64,000 nucleotides of DNA from Spirochaetia bacterium (GCA_965203905.1 CBDBDQ010000005.1:4928001-4992000); one strand, 5' to 3'. Shown: positions 40,281-50,174, numbered from the stretch's first letter. Translations and numbers: made by a program. The notes: generated by a model from the letters alone, not told the origin.

Positions 40281-41264
40281 ATGCTACTGGGCCTGGAAAC
40301 ATTCAGCTATCATCTGGCTTTTGCCTACGGCAAGATGGATATCTTCGACTTCATCAAGAGAACCGCCGAGTTTGAGCTGGATGGTGTCGAGATCAATATA
40401 GAAGGCGCCGACCTGGCTCATCTTGGAAGCGACGATCCCGGATTTCTCCGTGACGTTCGTGCGATGACCGACGAACTCGGATTGTACGTCGAACTCGACA
40501 CCTGTGATACGAATCCGCAGAACCTTACCCGGGCGCTTGATATTTGCAAGGCGCTCGGGGCTGACAGGTTGCGGGTCTACTCGAGTGTCGGCGGCGATGT
40601 GCAGGAAGAGCTCGCGCATGCCGCAGAGGATTTTCGCCAGGTCATACCTCTCTGCGCGGACTATGGGGTGAGAATTGCCTATGAGAATCACGAATATGAG
40701 ACGTCCCACGATGTACTGAAAGTCGTCCGCGAGGTGAACAGCGAGTACGTGGGAACGCACGTCGACACCGGAAACTCGATGTTAATGTGGGAGGAGCCCA
40801 TTGAAGCGATCGAGAACATGGCCCCGTATGCGATGAGCACGCACTTCAAGGATCACGTGGTCATAATGGCCGGCGGGCAGCCGGTGGTGGTAGGCGTTCC
40901 CCTCGGCAAAGGCAGCATAGACTGTGCGGAGGCGTTCAGGATCCTTGCCGAACAGTCGCCGCTCGAGCGCATCAATATCGAGGTTTGTTACGGCTACGTC
41001 GCACCTTTTCGGGTTCCCGAAGGTGAAGGCCATGGTGGAAAACTGGGCCAGGGAAGCTTCCGCGTCCAACCACCTCCCCATGACCCCGGTGTGATCGCTC
41101 CCTATACATCGCGCTCTTTGGACACGGATGCAGAGCTGCAAGCCTGGGCGTGGCAGGACCTGGCGAAGCTTGCTCGTTCCGAGGAGGAACGCGAGGAGTT
41201 GCTCGCCTTGCAGGAGCAAGCGGTCATCGACAGCGTTGAATACGTAAAAGGACTGAACCCTTGA
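40281..41264 (+). CDS. Sugar phosphate isomerase/epimerase (xylose isomerase-like TIM barrel)
   Basis: YENHE, DTGN, THFKD, LGKGSID; GGAGG RBS. Confidence 0.82.
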   Translation: MLLGLETFSYHLAFAYGKMDIFDFIKRTAEFELDGVEINIEGADLAHLGSDDPGFLRDVRAMTDELGLYVELDTCDTNPQNLTRALDICKALGADRLRVYSSVGGDVQEELAHAAEDFRQVIPLCADYGVRIAYENHEYETSHDVLKVVREVNSEYVGTHVDTGNSMLMWEEPIEAIENMAPYAMSTHFKDHVVIMAGGQPVVVGVPLGKGSIDCAEAFRILAEQSPLERINIEVCYGYVAPFRVPEGEGHGGKLGQGSFRVQPPPHDPGVIAPYTSRSLDTDAELQAWAWQDLAKLARSEEEREELLALQEQAVIDSVEYVKGLNP

Positions 41265-41324
41265 GGCCGTCGTCCTTGAATGAGGCGGCCGAAGTCTATC
41301 TTTGGAGACGGAGGGATGGAGTAG

Positions 41325-43271
41325 CTATTCCTCGCCCGTGGGAATGATCGGCACGACCACACGTGACGGAAAGCGGGTGCTGGTGTGCACGGTGTTGTCG
41401 GCCGTTACCATCCGCGTGTGCCTGCCCACCGGCTCGCCGGTATTCGGGTTCACGTCGAAGCGCGGGAAGTTCGAGCTCGAGACGTCCACCCGAATGCGGT
41501 GGCCTTGCTTGAAGACATTCGATGTCGGCCAGAGTGTGACCGTCAGCTCGTACGGCTTGCCCGGGACCATCGGCTCAGGCCTGGTCCAGGAATTGCGATA
41601 ACGAACGCGTTGGATCGTATCGACCAGATTGAGGTGATAGCCCTCCGGGTATTCCCCACTCGCCGGGTAGACATCGATGAGCTTGACCGTGAAGTCGGTG
41701 TCGACGGCAGTCGATGACACCCACAGCTTCACCGTCACGGTACCGGTAATCTCGGTGTCGGCTGCCAATGGCGCGGTCTCGAACGTCAGCACGTCCGACC
41801 GGTCTCTCAGCAGTTGGTACGGCTCATGGGCGCCGATCCACTGCGGTCCCTCCTGCTGGTGAAAACCACCACTCTCGATCACCTCGCGGAGGTTGTTGCG
41901 GGCGAGCGTCCACTGGTCCATGTGGCGTGGCACCTCGTCGCGCGCCGGCCCGCCCTCTGCAGGAGGAATGATCTCGAACATGCCCACGAGCGGACCGCCT
42001 ACCGTGGGGACCGGACTCCGCGGATCGAACGTGTAGGTGAGCGAACTGTCCGCGTCATCCGGAGCTGACTCGTCGAGCGATCCATCTTGGTGCAGGTAAA
42101 AGGTCTGCAGCCTGGCACGGGCCAGCGGCCACTCGGCCTCGTTGCGCCAGTATCCGCCGTGGTTCAGATTGCCGCGCCCGGTCCGGGTTCCGTCTCCGGT
42201 ACCCATGACGAAGATGCGGACCGGCGCGCTCTCCTGGGCGCGCGCCATCCCCTTGAGGTGCTCGTCGAAGAACCTCAGCCGTTCGGGGTTGTAGACCGCG
42301 TTGGACCACACGCTCTGGTGGCCGGTGTCGACATCGCCGTGCCAGGAGTGCGAGGTGCGCGTCCCGCCGTGACACCAGGGACCGAGGATCAGCCGCGTCG
42401 GTGATGCGTTGCGGCGGCTCATCTCGATGAAGTAGTTGCACGTCGCGCCCACGAAGTTGTCATACCAGCCGCAGAAAACGGTCATCGGCACATCGGCGTG
42501 CTCGTCGAAATGTGGCTCCTGGTTGCAGCACTCGCGGTCCCACCACGCGTCGTAGTCGCCGCGGTAGTAGTAGTCCAACGCCGTCCGCTCCAGACTCGGC
42601 GCCACGCGCAACGCCGTCTCACCCGGCCCGAGCGGGAGTTTTTTCAGCCATGCGCGCATGTTGCGCATTGCATCCAGGATCGTCCGGGCCTTGCCCGGAT
42701 CGTCACCCACCTCGTGGCAGTCCAGGGCATGCAGATGCGCTGCCGCGAACATCTGCAGGGACGCCGCTCCGCCTTCGCGGGCCTCATGGCGGTAGATGTC
42801 GGTCGGGCCCGCCTCGACCCACATCGCGGCGAGGTGGGGCGGCCTGCGCAACGCCAGCAGGGTCTGGGTTATCGCGCGGTGCGATGAGCCGAGGGTGCCG
42901 ATCCTGCCGGAGCACCAGTCGCACGCCGCCAGCCATTCGACGGTGTCGTAGCCATCGTCTCCCTCCCACGGATTGGCCGTGTGGAAGTAGCTGCCGTCAC
43001 CCTCGGAGCGGAAGCGTGAGCGCAAGTCCTGCACCACGAAGGCGTAGCCGCGGCGCACGTAGTAGGGGATGACGTCATCCCACTCCGAGGAGGTCTTGTC
43101 GTATGACGTACGCACCAGCAGGGCCGGTACTTCGTCCTCAAGCAGGCTGCCATCGCCGTGGCACGGCAAGTGGATGTCGGTGGCGAGACGGACCCCGTCG
43201 CGCATCGGGATCATGGTGTCACGCTCGACGTGCACGCCGTGGCGGGGTGGGGAGGGAACGTAAGACGGCAT
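41325..43271 (-). CDS. CocE/NonD family hydrolase
   Basis: MRDGVRLATD, DGYDTVEW, GSSH nucleophile elbow, GWYD, GPWCH, SSSNFPRFDVN. Confidence 0.9.
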   Translation of the reverse strand: MPSYVPSPPRHGVHVERDTMIPMRDGVRLATDIHLPCHGDGSLLEDEVPALLVRTSYDKTSSEWDDVIPYYVRRGYAFVVQDLRSRFRSEGDGSYFHTANPWEGDDGYDTVEWLAACDWCSGRIGTLGSSHRAITQTLLALRRPPHLAAMWVEAGPTDIYRHEAREGGAASLQMFAAAHLHALDCHEVGDDPGKARTILDAMRNMRAWLKKLPLGPGETALRVAPSLERTALDYYYRGDYDAWWDRECCNQEPHFDEHADVPMTVFCGWYDNFVGATCNYFIEMSRRNASPTRLILGPWCHGGTRTSHSWHGDVDTGHQSVWSNAVYNPERLRFFDEHLKGMARAQESAPVRIFVMGTGDGTRTGRGNLNHGGYWRNEAEWPLARARLQTFYLHQDGSLDESAPDDADSSLTYTFDPRSPVPTVGGPLVGMFEIIPPAEGGPARDEVPRHMDQWTLARNNLREVIESGGFHQQEGPQWIGAHEPYQLLRDRSDVLTFETAPLAADTEITGTVTVKLWVSSTAVDTDFTVKLIDVYPASGEYPEGYHLNLVDTIQRVRYRNSWTRPEPMVPGKPYELTVTLWPTSNVFKQGHRIRVDVSSSNFPRFDVNPNTGEPVGRHTRMVTADNTVHTSTRFPSRVVVPIIPTGEE

Positions 43272-45052
43272 CAAGCTTCGCGCGCCTCCCCGCTGCGGGA
43301 GCCGCAACCCCCGTATGGAACGGGTGATGTTGGTATGACGGGCAACGTGACGTGCGTCGGATGGTCGGCGTCGTGGTAGATGGTCTGGTTGGCGATGGTG
43401 ATCTGGGTGTCGGTCTCGATGCGATTGCCGCTGTTCAGATTGCGGTTGTAGCGCGGGAAATTCGACGAGGAGATTTCGACGCGAATCCTGTGCCCTTCCT
43501 GGAACAGGTTCGAGGTGTCCCACAGGTCGATCTCGAACCGGTAGATCTCACCCGGCGTCATGAGCTCAGGATTGTCGGTGCCGCTTCTGAATCTCGCCCG
43601 CACGATTCCCTCGCAGAGTGCGATCGCTCTTTCCGGTGAGTCGTCCGTGGCCGGCTCGACGTCCACAAGTGCGGCGGTGAAGTCGGTGTCGAGTGCGTCG
43701 GAGCTGGCAAAGATCGTCGCCGAAACGGGTCCCGTCACCTCGACCGGTTCGTGCAGAACGTCCGTGGTGAAGACCAGCACGTCCGCGCGCCGTTCGATCT
43801 CGGAGCGATCACGTGGACCGCACCGATCCAGGCTCTGGTATTGGGCGCCCCACGACGGCACCGGGTCGGCAGGGTCGTAAGTAAAGCGGTCGGGAGCTTC
43901 ATCGGCGGCGGCAGGACTCGTCGAGATCCATCCACCCTTGCCGGCCGCATCGCCGGCGCTGTGCAGGTAGAACCTGGTCCATTCGGTCCGCGCCAGCGGC
44001 CATTCGGTTTCGTATCGCCACGCATTCCTGCCCATCACGAACAGCTTGATGGGAGGGTCCTGGTCGATTCCGGTAGCGACGCCCTTCAAGCGCTGATCAT
44101 ACCAGCGGGTGTGCATGTCGATGACGTCCCACAAAGCCGGCTCGCCAAAGGTCCGGTCCTGGTACTCGCCGTTATCGCCGAGAGGCAATCGTCCCCACGG
44201 AGAGACCTGGTGACTCCAGGGCCCGACGATCAACTTCGTTTTCCCGCGGGCGTCACCGGTTCGCGCCTGCCCGGTCCAGCCCTTGAACAGCTTGAAGTTC
44301 TCGTGCAGCAGCGAGTCGTACCAGCCGGTGACGAACAGCGCCGGCACTGCCATCTCGCCATACTTGTTGCGCAAGCTGTAGCTGTCCCACCAGGCGTCGT
44401 ATTGCTCGTGATCGATGACGCCCCGGTAGTACGGATGCGTGGGTGTGATCGCCTCCATCGCGGTGTCGATCGGCAGCCGCTTGAACAGTTCCTGCTGATC
44501 GTAGTGCTTGAGCGATTCGCTCTGCATCGAGCGGCCGAGCATGTTGAGGAACGTGAGCGAGACGCTGTGGTGGATCACGCCATCGATCCGGTGGTGGCCG
44601 TAGTTGTCCTGCTGAGAAGCGATCGGCGCGACCGCTTTCAGGTATTGCGAACGAAGTGAAGCGGGAAGCGTCTGGGTGAAGCCGGGATAGGACAGGCCGA
44701 ACGTGCCGAGGTTGCCGTCGCACCAGGGTTGCCGGCCGATCCACTCGTGGGTGTCGTAGCCGTCGTGCAACTCGCATACGTAGGGTTCCCACTCGCCGTC
44801 GGAGTCACCCCGGCCCCGGCAGTCCTGCATGACCACCGCGTAGCCCCGCGCAGTGAATCCTCGTGCCCAGCCGATGTAGCGCGGCTCCTGGTTGTCGTAG
44901 ATCGTGCGCAGCAGCAGCGTTGGCCAGGGCCCGTCGCCTTGAGAAGAGTCCGGCAACCAGATGTCGGCGGAGAGATTCACTCCGTCGCGCATCGGCACCG
45001 GGATGTTGATGAGCAGTCGACCGGGTTCAACGAGCGGCTCGTGCTGTGTCAT
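43271..45052 (-). CDS. CocE/NonD family hydrolase
   Basis: MRDGVNLSAD, GLSYPG, GWYD, GPWSH, SSSNFPRY; TGATG coupling to the downstream paralog. Confidence 0.9.
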   Translation of the reverse strand: MTQHEPLVEPGRLLINIPVPMRDGVNLSADIWLPDSSQGDGPWPTLLLRTIYDNQEPRYIGWARGFTARGYAVVMQDCRGRGDSDGEWEPYVCELHDGYDTHEWIGRQPWCDGNLGTFGLSYPGFTQTLPASLRSQYLKAVAPIASQQDNYGHHRIDGVIHHSVSLTFLNMLGRSMQSESLKHYDQQELFKRLPIDTAMEAITPTHPYYRGVIDHEQYDAWWDSYSLRNKYGEMAVPALFVTGWYDSLLHENFKLFKGWTGQARTGDARGKTKLIVGPWSHQVSPWGRLPLGDNGEYQDRTFGEPALWDVIDMHTRWYDQRLKGVATGIDQDPPIKLFVMGRNAWRYETEWPLARTEWTRFYLHSAGDAAGKGGWISTSPAAADEAPDRFTYDPADPVPSWGAQYQSLDRCGPRDRSEIERRADVLVFTTDVLHEPVEVTGPVSATIFASSDALDTDFTAALVDVEPATDDSPERAIALCEGIVRARFRSGTDNPELMTPGEIYRFEIDLWDTSNLFQEGHRIRVEISSSNFPRYNRNLNSGNRIETDTQITIANQTIYHDADHPTHVTLPVIPTSPVPYGGCGSRSGEAREA

Positions 45053-45085
45053 CAAAAACCACCACGCTGCGGAGCGAGCGCCGAG

Positions 45086-45682
45086 TCAGCGCAGACAGCT
45101 CTGCACCGCCTCCCGATAGCGCTCCAGCCCCGGGGTCCGCAGGCCCTCCACCTTGGCCAGGTCGTCCCACCGCCTGAGCCGCAGCGCATCCTGCGCATGC
45201 GGGTTGCGCTCGAACTCCGCTCGCTCGGCGGCCGACAGCGGCCCGCCTTGGAGCCGGAAGCTGCGTTTCGAGGCGCGGGACAGGGCGTCGTAGTAGGCGG
45301 CATCGGTGGTGCACAGGTAGCGCTTGGCAGGCACGTGCAGCCGCATCGGCTCGGTGAGCCGCTCGATGAAGTACGGCTGCAGGTAGCTGGCGCCGACCTC
45401 CTCGTGGAGCAGGTCCTCGGTCAGGTAGTCGGCCTGCTCGTCATTCTCATCGACCAGGAAATGGCCGAGGTCGTGCAGCAGGGCAGCCGCCACCTGCACC
45501 GGGTCAGCCTCTGCGAGCTCGGCCTGGCGCGCGCACTGCAGCGCATGCTGGAGCTGCGTGACCGACTCGTCGTAGAAGGACCGGCCGCGCCGGCGCATGT
45601 AGGCGAACAGCGCATCCACCTTCTGCGACGGCGTGCCGCGGGCCAGGTCGGCTGCCAACGTCGGGTCCACCAGCGCACTCAT
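45086..45682 (-). CDS. HD-domain protein, PhnZ/TmpB-like phosphonate oxygenase family
   Basis: Y.ESVTQLQHALQCA, AALLHDLGH, HEEVGA, LHVPAKRYL, SFRLQGG, RRWDDLAK. Confidence 0.85.
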   Translation of the reverse strand: MSALVDPTLAADLARGTPSQKVDALFAYMRRRGRSFYDESVTQLQHALQCARQAELAEADPVQVAAALLHDLGHFLVDENDEQADYLTEDLLHEEVGASYLQPYFIERLTEPMRLHVPAKRYLCTTDAAYYDALSRASKRSFRLQGGPLSAAERAEFERNPHAQDALRLRRWDDLAKVEGLRTPGLERYREAVQSCLR

Positions 45683-45838
45683 CGCCCCATGATACGCCGG
45701 AACCGAACGTCGTCGCCACGATGGCGACGGCGCATTGCCACGCGAACAGTCCACGCACAGCGGCCTGGCCTCGATAAGGCCGGAGGTCGAAGCCCACAGC
45801 GCGTACCGCGACGGCGCGGCCGACCGGTCATGATCGTG

Positions 45839-45872
45839 CTCGGCACTCGGCACTCGGCACTCGGCACTCGGC
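45839..45872 (+). repeat. Heptamer tandem repeat (CTCGGCA)x4 + partial
   Basis: Read directly. Confidence 0.9.
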
Positions 45873-46059
45873 GCCCGCGGCTCGGCGACCAGGAGATGGT
45901 GTCGCGCGCTGAGGCGATCCGCGGGATCGAGCAGGATCTCGGCGTCCGTTCCGGCGCCGCCACCCTGCAATATCCGCACGCCGCGGTGAGCGGCGCGCTC
46001 AACAGGCGTACAACATGCTCACGTCACCAAGTCTCGCGGCGCGGAGCGCTGCCGGCGAC

Positions 46060-46580
46060 CGTGCCGGTAGCGGTGATGAAGCCGCGCAGCGTAGCCTCAA
46101 GTTTTTCGGCTCCGCACCGCCGCCCCGCGCGACCGGAACGATGTGGTCGATCTCCAGGAAGAAGCGCGAGCCGCAGCGCCGCCCGGTGTGCCGGTCGACG
46201 TAGGTGCAGCAGCTAAGTCGCGCCGCCAAACCTCGCGCTTGACCTCAGCGGGAATCGATCTGCCGGATGACTTTATGGGCTTCGCCGCGGCAGTCCGCCC
46301 GACCGATCGGCCGCCGCCAGCGCTGCGACCCGGAATCGATCTGCCGGCCGGTTTGCCGGACTTCGCCGCCGAAGTTTGCACCGCCAATCCCGCGCCGCCG
46401 GTTGCCACGCGAGGCTTCGGCGCCGAAGTCAGCTCCGCCGATCCTGCACCGTCGGAGCTCGGAACCGGAATCGAACTGCCGGCAGCCACGCGAGGCTTCG
46501 CCGTGAAAGTCCGTCCCGCCGAAATCGAATCGCCGGCTGCGTTTGCCGCGGCATTCTGCGCGGGGGTGTTCGCCCTGCCG
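46060..46580 (-). pseudogene. HNH endonuclease remnant with low-complexity repeats
   Basis: RSIPAEVKREVWRRD, then a frameshift to CTYVD..RRCGSRFFLEIDHIVPVARGG..NLRLRC. Confidence 0.75.
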
Positions 46581-46633
46581 TGATTACTCGGTGTCGGGCT
46601 CGTGGATGCGGCTTGCGCGTGGCTCGAAGAATC

Positions 46634-47059
46634 CGTCGTCGATACCGTTCGCGGCCAAGGCCCCCAGGACCCAATCGAGGATGCGCTTGCCCTGTACCTC
46701 GGCAAAGCACTTCGGGCGTCCGCGGTGGTCGGCATGAGTCGCTGTCCGCGACCGGCACCGATGTCGCTTCAATCTTGCCTGGCTCGAGGACCCGGCTGAC
46801 GGGGACGCATGAAGCTGTCTACTTGGAGGGATCGGCGGCGTCGCGCAGCCCGTCACCCAGGAAATTGATGCCAGAACCGTCACTACCACCAAGGTTCCCG
46901 GAATGAGCAGCCACGGGGTGATGGCGACCATGCGGACGTTCTGCGCCTGCTGCAGCATCACGCCCCAGCTCACGACCGGCGCACGCAGGCCGATGCCGAT
47001 GAAGCTGAGAGCCGTTTCGCCCAGGATCATGCCGGGCACCGCCAGGGTAAGGAAGACGA
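46634..47059. repeat. Fused remnants copied from 55146-55276, 56645-56671 and about 56672-56917
   Basis: Direct alignments to the nucleotidyltransferase 5' part, sialidase 3' end and oppC 3' end. Confidence 0.9.
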
Positions 47060-47096
47060 GAGTTTCGTGCTCGGCAACACTGCCGCTCGAAACGAG

Positions 47097-47125
47097 TTGC
47101 CGGCGCTGAGCGGCAGTGGTACGCT
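47097..47125 (+). promoter_or_regulatory. Sigma70 promoter giving a leaderless transcript (also at 60394-60422)
   Basis: TTGCCG-17 nt-TACGCT with upstream TG; ATG 6 nt downstream; no RBS. Confidence 0.6.
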
Positions 47126-47131
47126 AGCGCC

Positions 47132-48070
47132 ATGCGCATCGCCAACCCCATGTACGACGCTGCATTCAAGTACCTGATGGATGACGATGCGTCGGCGCGG
47201 CTGCTGGTGGGCGCGGTGCTGGGCGAGGAGGTCGAAAGCCTGCAGCCGCTGCCGCAGGAGCGGGCGGTGCGGCTGGAGCCGGCGCCCGGTGAGCCTGCGT
47301 CCGGCGAGTTGCTGACCGTGCGGCGGGTGGACTTCGCGGCCACCGTGCGGACCGCTTCCGGCGACCGCTTGCGGGTGCTGGTGGAGGTGCAGAAGGCGCG
47401 CTTCACCGACGAAGTGATGCGCTTCCGGGAGTACCTGGGCCGCCACTATGCGGACCGGGAGAACTACGACACGGGGCCGGACGGGAGGCGCCGCCACCGA
47501 CCGTTGCGGGCGATCTACATCCTGGGCGAGTGTCTGCCGCGCACCGAGGCGACGGTGCTGAAGGTGTCTCGGGAGTACCTGGACGCGGTCACCGGCCAGC
47601 GGCTGGCGGAGCAGGAGGAGTTCGTGGAGGCGCTGAGCCACGACTGCTGGGTAGTGCAGGTGCCGCTGCTGGCGTCGCGGCGGCACAGCGACCTGGAGCG
47701 GCTGCTGAGCGTGTTCGACCAAGCGTTGCAGGTGCCCGGCAACCGCAAGCTGCTGGAGGTGGGCGAGCGGCAAGTGCCGGAGCGCTACGCGCCGGTGTTG
47801 CGGCGCTTGGAGGGCGCCGCGGCGAGCGTGGAGGTGGCGGACTCGATGGCGCTGGAGGACGAGGTATTGGAGACCTGGGGGCGCATGAAGCGGGAGATCG
47901 CTGCGAAGGATGCGACCCTGACGCGGGAACGGGCGGAGCATAACGCGGCGCTGGCAGAGAAGGATGCGGCCCTGGCGCGGGAACGGGCGGAGCGCGAGGC
48001 GGCCCAGGAGCGCGCGGCCGAGATGGCGCGGCGGCTGGCGGATCTCGGTCGCGAGTCGGGCAATTCATAG
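47132..48070 (+). CDS. PD-(D/E)XK nuclease-like (Rpn-related) protein with coiled-coil repeat tail, copy A
   Basis: IANPMYDAAFKYLM, VDF..VLVEVQK, RFREYLG; tail of 11-aa and 7-aa repeats. Confidence 0.75.
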   Translation: MRIANPMYDAAFKYLMDDDASARLLVGAVLGEEVESLQPLPQERAVRLEPAPGEPASGELLTVRRVDFAATVRTASGDRLRVLVEVQKARFTDEVMRFREYLGRHYADRENYDTGPDGRRRHRPLRAIYILGECLPRTEATVLKVSREYLDAVTGQRLAEQEEFVEALSHDCWVVQVPLLASRRHSDLERLLSVFDQALQVPGNRKLLEVGERQVPERYAPVLRRLEGAAASVEVADSMALEDEVLETWGRMKREIAAKDATLTRERAEHNAALAEKDAALARERAEREAAQERAAEMARRLADLGRESGNS

Positions 48071-48204
48071 GGATACCGTCCGCATCCACCTCGTTTCGAA
48101 GCGGAATCAAAGGGGCAGCGGGTGGTTATGGATGGCAGGCCCACCCGCTGCACCCGTACCGTCAAGATTGCCGACCGCGGTCTGCCCTGGAGCTGGAAGC
48201 TGCG

Positions 48205-48415
48205 CGGGCCTCTTTCCGTAGACAGGAAGTTGTTCTGATGGGCGTCTCCGTGCAGTAACGACGGGGTGACCTCTTTGCCGCAGAGTGAGGGCAGGCGAGA
48301 CCTAAGTCGTTCCACCTCATGCGCCAGCTCCACGGGTAGCCGTCCCGAGTCTACCGTCGCCTCCAGCCGTGGCGCTATGCGGTGCTCCCAGTAGAACTCG
48401 GTCCAATCATCCGAA
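48205..48415 (-). pseudogene. Fructosamine kinase family fragment
   Basis: DDWTEFYWEHRIAPRL..PSLLHGDAHQNNFL. Confidence 0.7.
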
Positions 48416-48450
48416 CGTCGAGTTGCTACTACCAATGTATCCGGGCCGTA

Positions 48451-49290
48451 TCAGCTCTTGATCCCGACCATCGCCATTCCCGTGATCAGCCGCCCTCGCA
48501 GCACCGCGAAGAAAACCACCGTTGGCACTACAGCAGCAACCGACATCGCAAACAATTCGCCGTAGGCGGTCGAGAATTCGCTTTCGAACAGCACCAGGCC
48601 AACGGGTATCGTCCTCAGGTGAGACCTGCTGGCCACGATCAGGGGCCAGATCAGGCTGTTCCAATTGCCCATGAACGTGAAGATGGCCAGGGCGCCCAAC
48701 GCCGGCTGGCACATCGGCATGATCAGGCTGCGGAAGATCCTGAACTCGCCAACTCCGTCGATGCGCCCGGCCTCACTGTAGTCCTTGGGAATGGTGATCA
48801 TGAACTGGCGCATCCAGAAGATGGCGAACGGGCTGACGATCACCGGGACGATCAGTCCCAGGTACGTGTTTGTCCAGCCGAGGTTGCGGACGATGATAGC
48901 CAACGGAACGATGAGGACCTCGATCGGCACCATCATCGTCACCAGGACCAACAGGAACAGGGCCTGGTTGCCGCGATAGTCGAACTTGGCCAGGCTGTAT
49001 CCGGCCATCGAGCACAGCAGCAGCGTGCCACCGGTAACGGCGACTGCGACCACCGTGCTGTTGACGAAGTAGACACCGAAGTTCAATTCAGCGAAGGGAC
49101 GCGTGAAGTTGCTGAGCTGCACGCGCCTGGGAATCCACTCCAGCGGCACCGTGAAGATATCGGCGGCCGGCTTCAGCGCCGACACGAAGGTGTAAAGCAT
49201 CGGCACCAGGAAGAGGATCGCCAGTGCCGCCGCCACCGCGAACAGTCCGGCCTTCTCGAGATTCGCGCGGGAGATGAGCGCCCTGGTCAT
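48451..49290 (-). CDS. Carbohydrate ABC transporter permease
   Basis: EAGRIDGVG EAA loop, WNSLIWPL. Confidence 0.9.
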   Translation of the reverse strand: MTRALISRANLEKAGLFAVAAALAILFLVPMLYTFVSALKPAADIFTVPLEWIPRRVQLSNFTRPFAELNFGVYFVNSTVVAVAVTGGTLLLCSMAGYSLAKFDYRGNQALFLLVLVTMMVPIEVLIVPLAIIVRNLGWTNTYLGLIVPVIVSPFAIFWMRQFMITIPKDYSEAGRIDGVGEFRIFRSLIMPMCQPALGALAIFTFMGNWNSLIWPLIVASRSHLRTIPVGLVLFESEFSTAYGELFAMSVAAVVPTVVFFAVLRGRLITGMAMVGIKS

Positions 49291-50174
49291 GCGCTGTCGT
49301 ACCGGTACAGACGCATCTGCACGAGGGTGAAGATCAGGATGATCGCCAACACGACGACCGACATCGCGGATGCCACCCCCATCCGCAGCCGCGCGAACCC
49401 GAACTCGTAGATGATGAGTCCGACGACGCGGGTGGCCTCTCCGGGGCCGCCACCGGTCATGACCAGAAACGGCGGGAATCCGCGGATCGAATTGATCACG
49501 CCCACCACCACCATGTAGAACAGCGTAGGCTTGAGCAGCGGCAGTACCACGTGCAGGAATCGTCTGAATGCGCCGGCGCCATCGATGACGCTGGCCTCCA
49601 GTACGTCCCTGGGGATGGTCTGCAGACCGGCGAGGACTATGATCGCGTAGTAGCCCACTGCTGACCAGACCGTGGAGATCGTGATGGCGGTAAGCGCGTA
49701 GTCACCCGCCGTCAACCACGAAATCGGTCCGATGCCCAACGGCAACGTGAGCTGTTCGATCAGGCCGAAGGGCCGGTACAGGAGCTTCCAGACGACCGCG
49801 ACGACCGCTATCGGAAACACGTACGGGATGAAGTAGACGCCGGTGAAGAAGCCGCTGAATGCGATCCGCTGATTGATGACGGTGCCGATGAACAGGGCCA
49901 GGGCGATGAGCACCGCGACGCGGGCGAGGACGTAGACCGCCGTGACCTGCAGCGAATTGGCGAACGACGGCATGGTGAAGATGCGGGCATAGTTGGCAAG
50001 GCCCACGAACGTCGGTGGCGAGAGGATCGTGAACTTCGTGAAGCTGACGATGACGGCGACGAAGATCGGGGCAATGAGGAAGGCGGCCAGCAGCACCAGC
50101 GCCGGTGCGAAGAACAGCAGGCCGGTGGTCCTGAGCCGCCTGATGTACCCGGGGCCGCGGGGATCAGCAGACAT
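49287..50174 (-). CDS. Carbohydrate ABC transporter permease
   Basis: FVGLANY, EASVIDGAG, MTGGGPG. Confidence 0.9.
   Translation of the reverse strand: MSADPRGPGYIRRLRTTGLLFFAPALVLLAAFLIAPIFVAVIVSFTKFTILSPPTFVGLANYARIFTMPSFANSLQVTAVYVLARVAVLIALALFIGTVINQRIAFSGFFTGVYFIPYVFPIAVVAVVWKLLYRPFGLIEQLTLPLGIGPISWLTAGDYALTAITISTVWSAVGYYAIIVLAGLQTIPRDVLEASVIDGAGAFRRFLHVVLPLLKPTLFYMVVVGVINSIRGFPPFLVMTGGGPGEATRVVGLIIYEFGFARLRMGVASAMSVVVLAIILIFTLVQMRLYRYDSA

Noticed and set aside
46634-47059. Diversity-generating retroelement template/variable repeat pairs
   Set aside because: No reverse transcriptase in the window; differences are not adenine-specific and include indels
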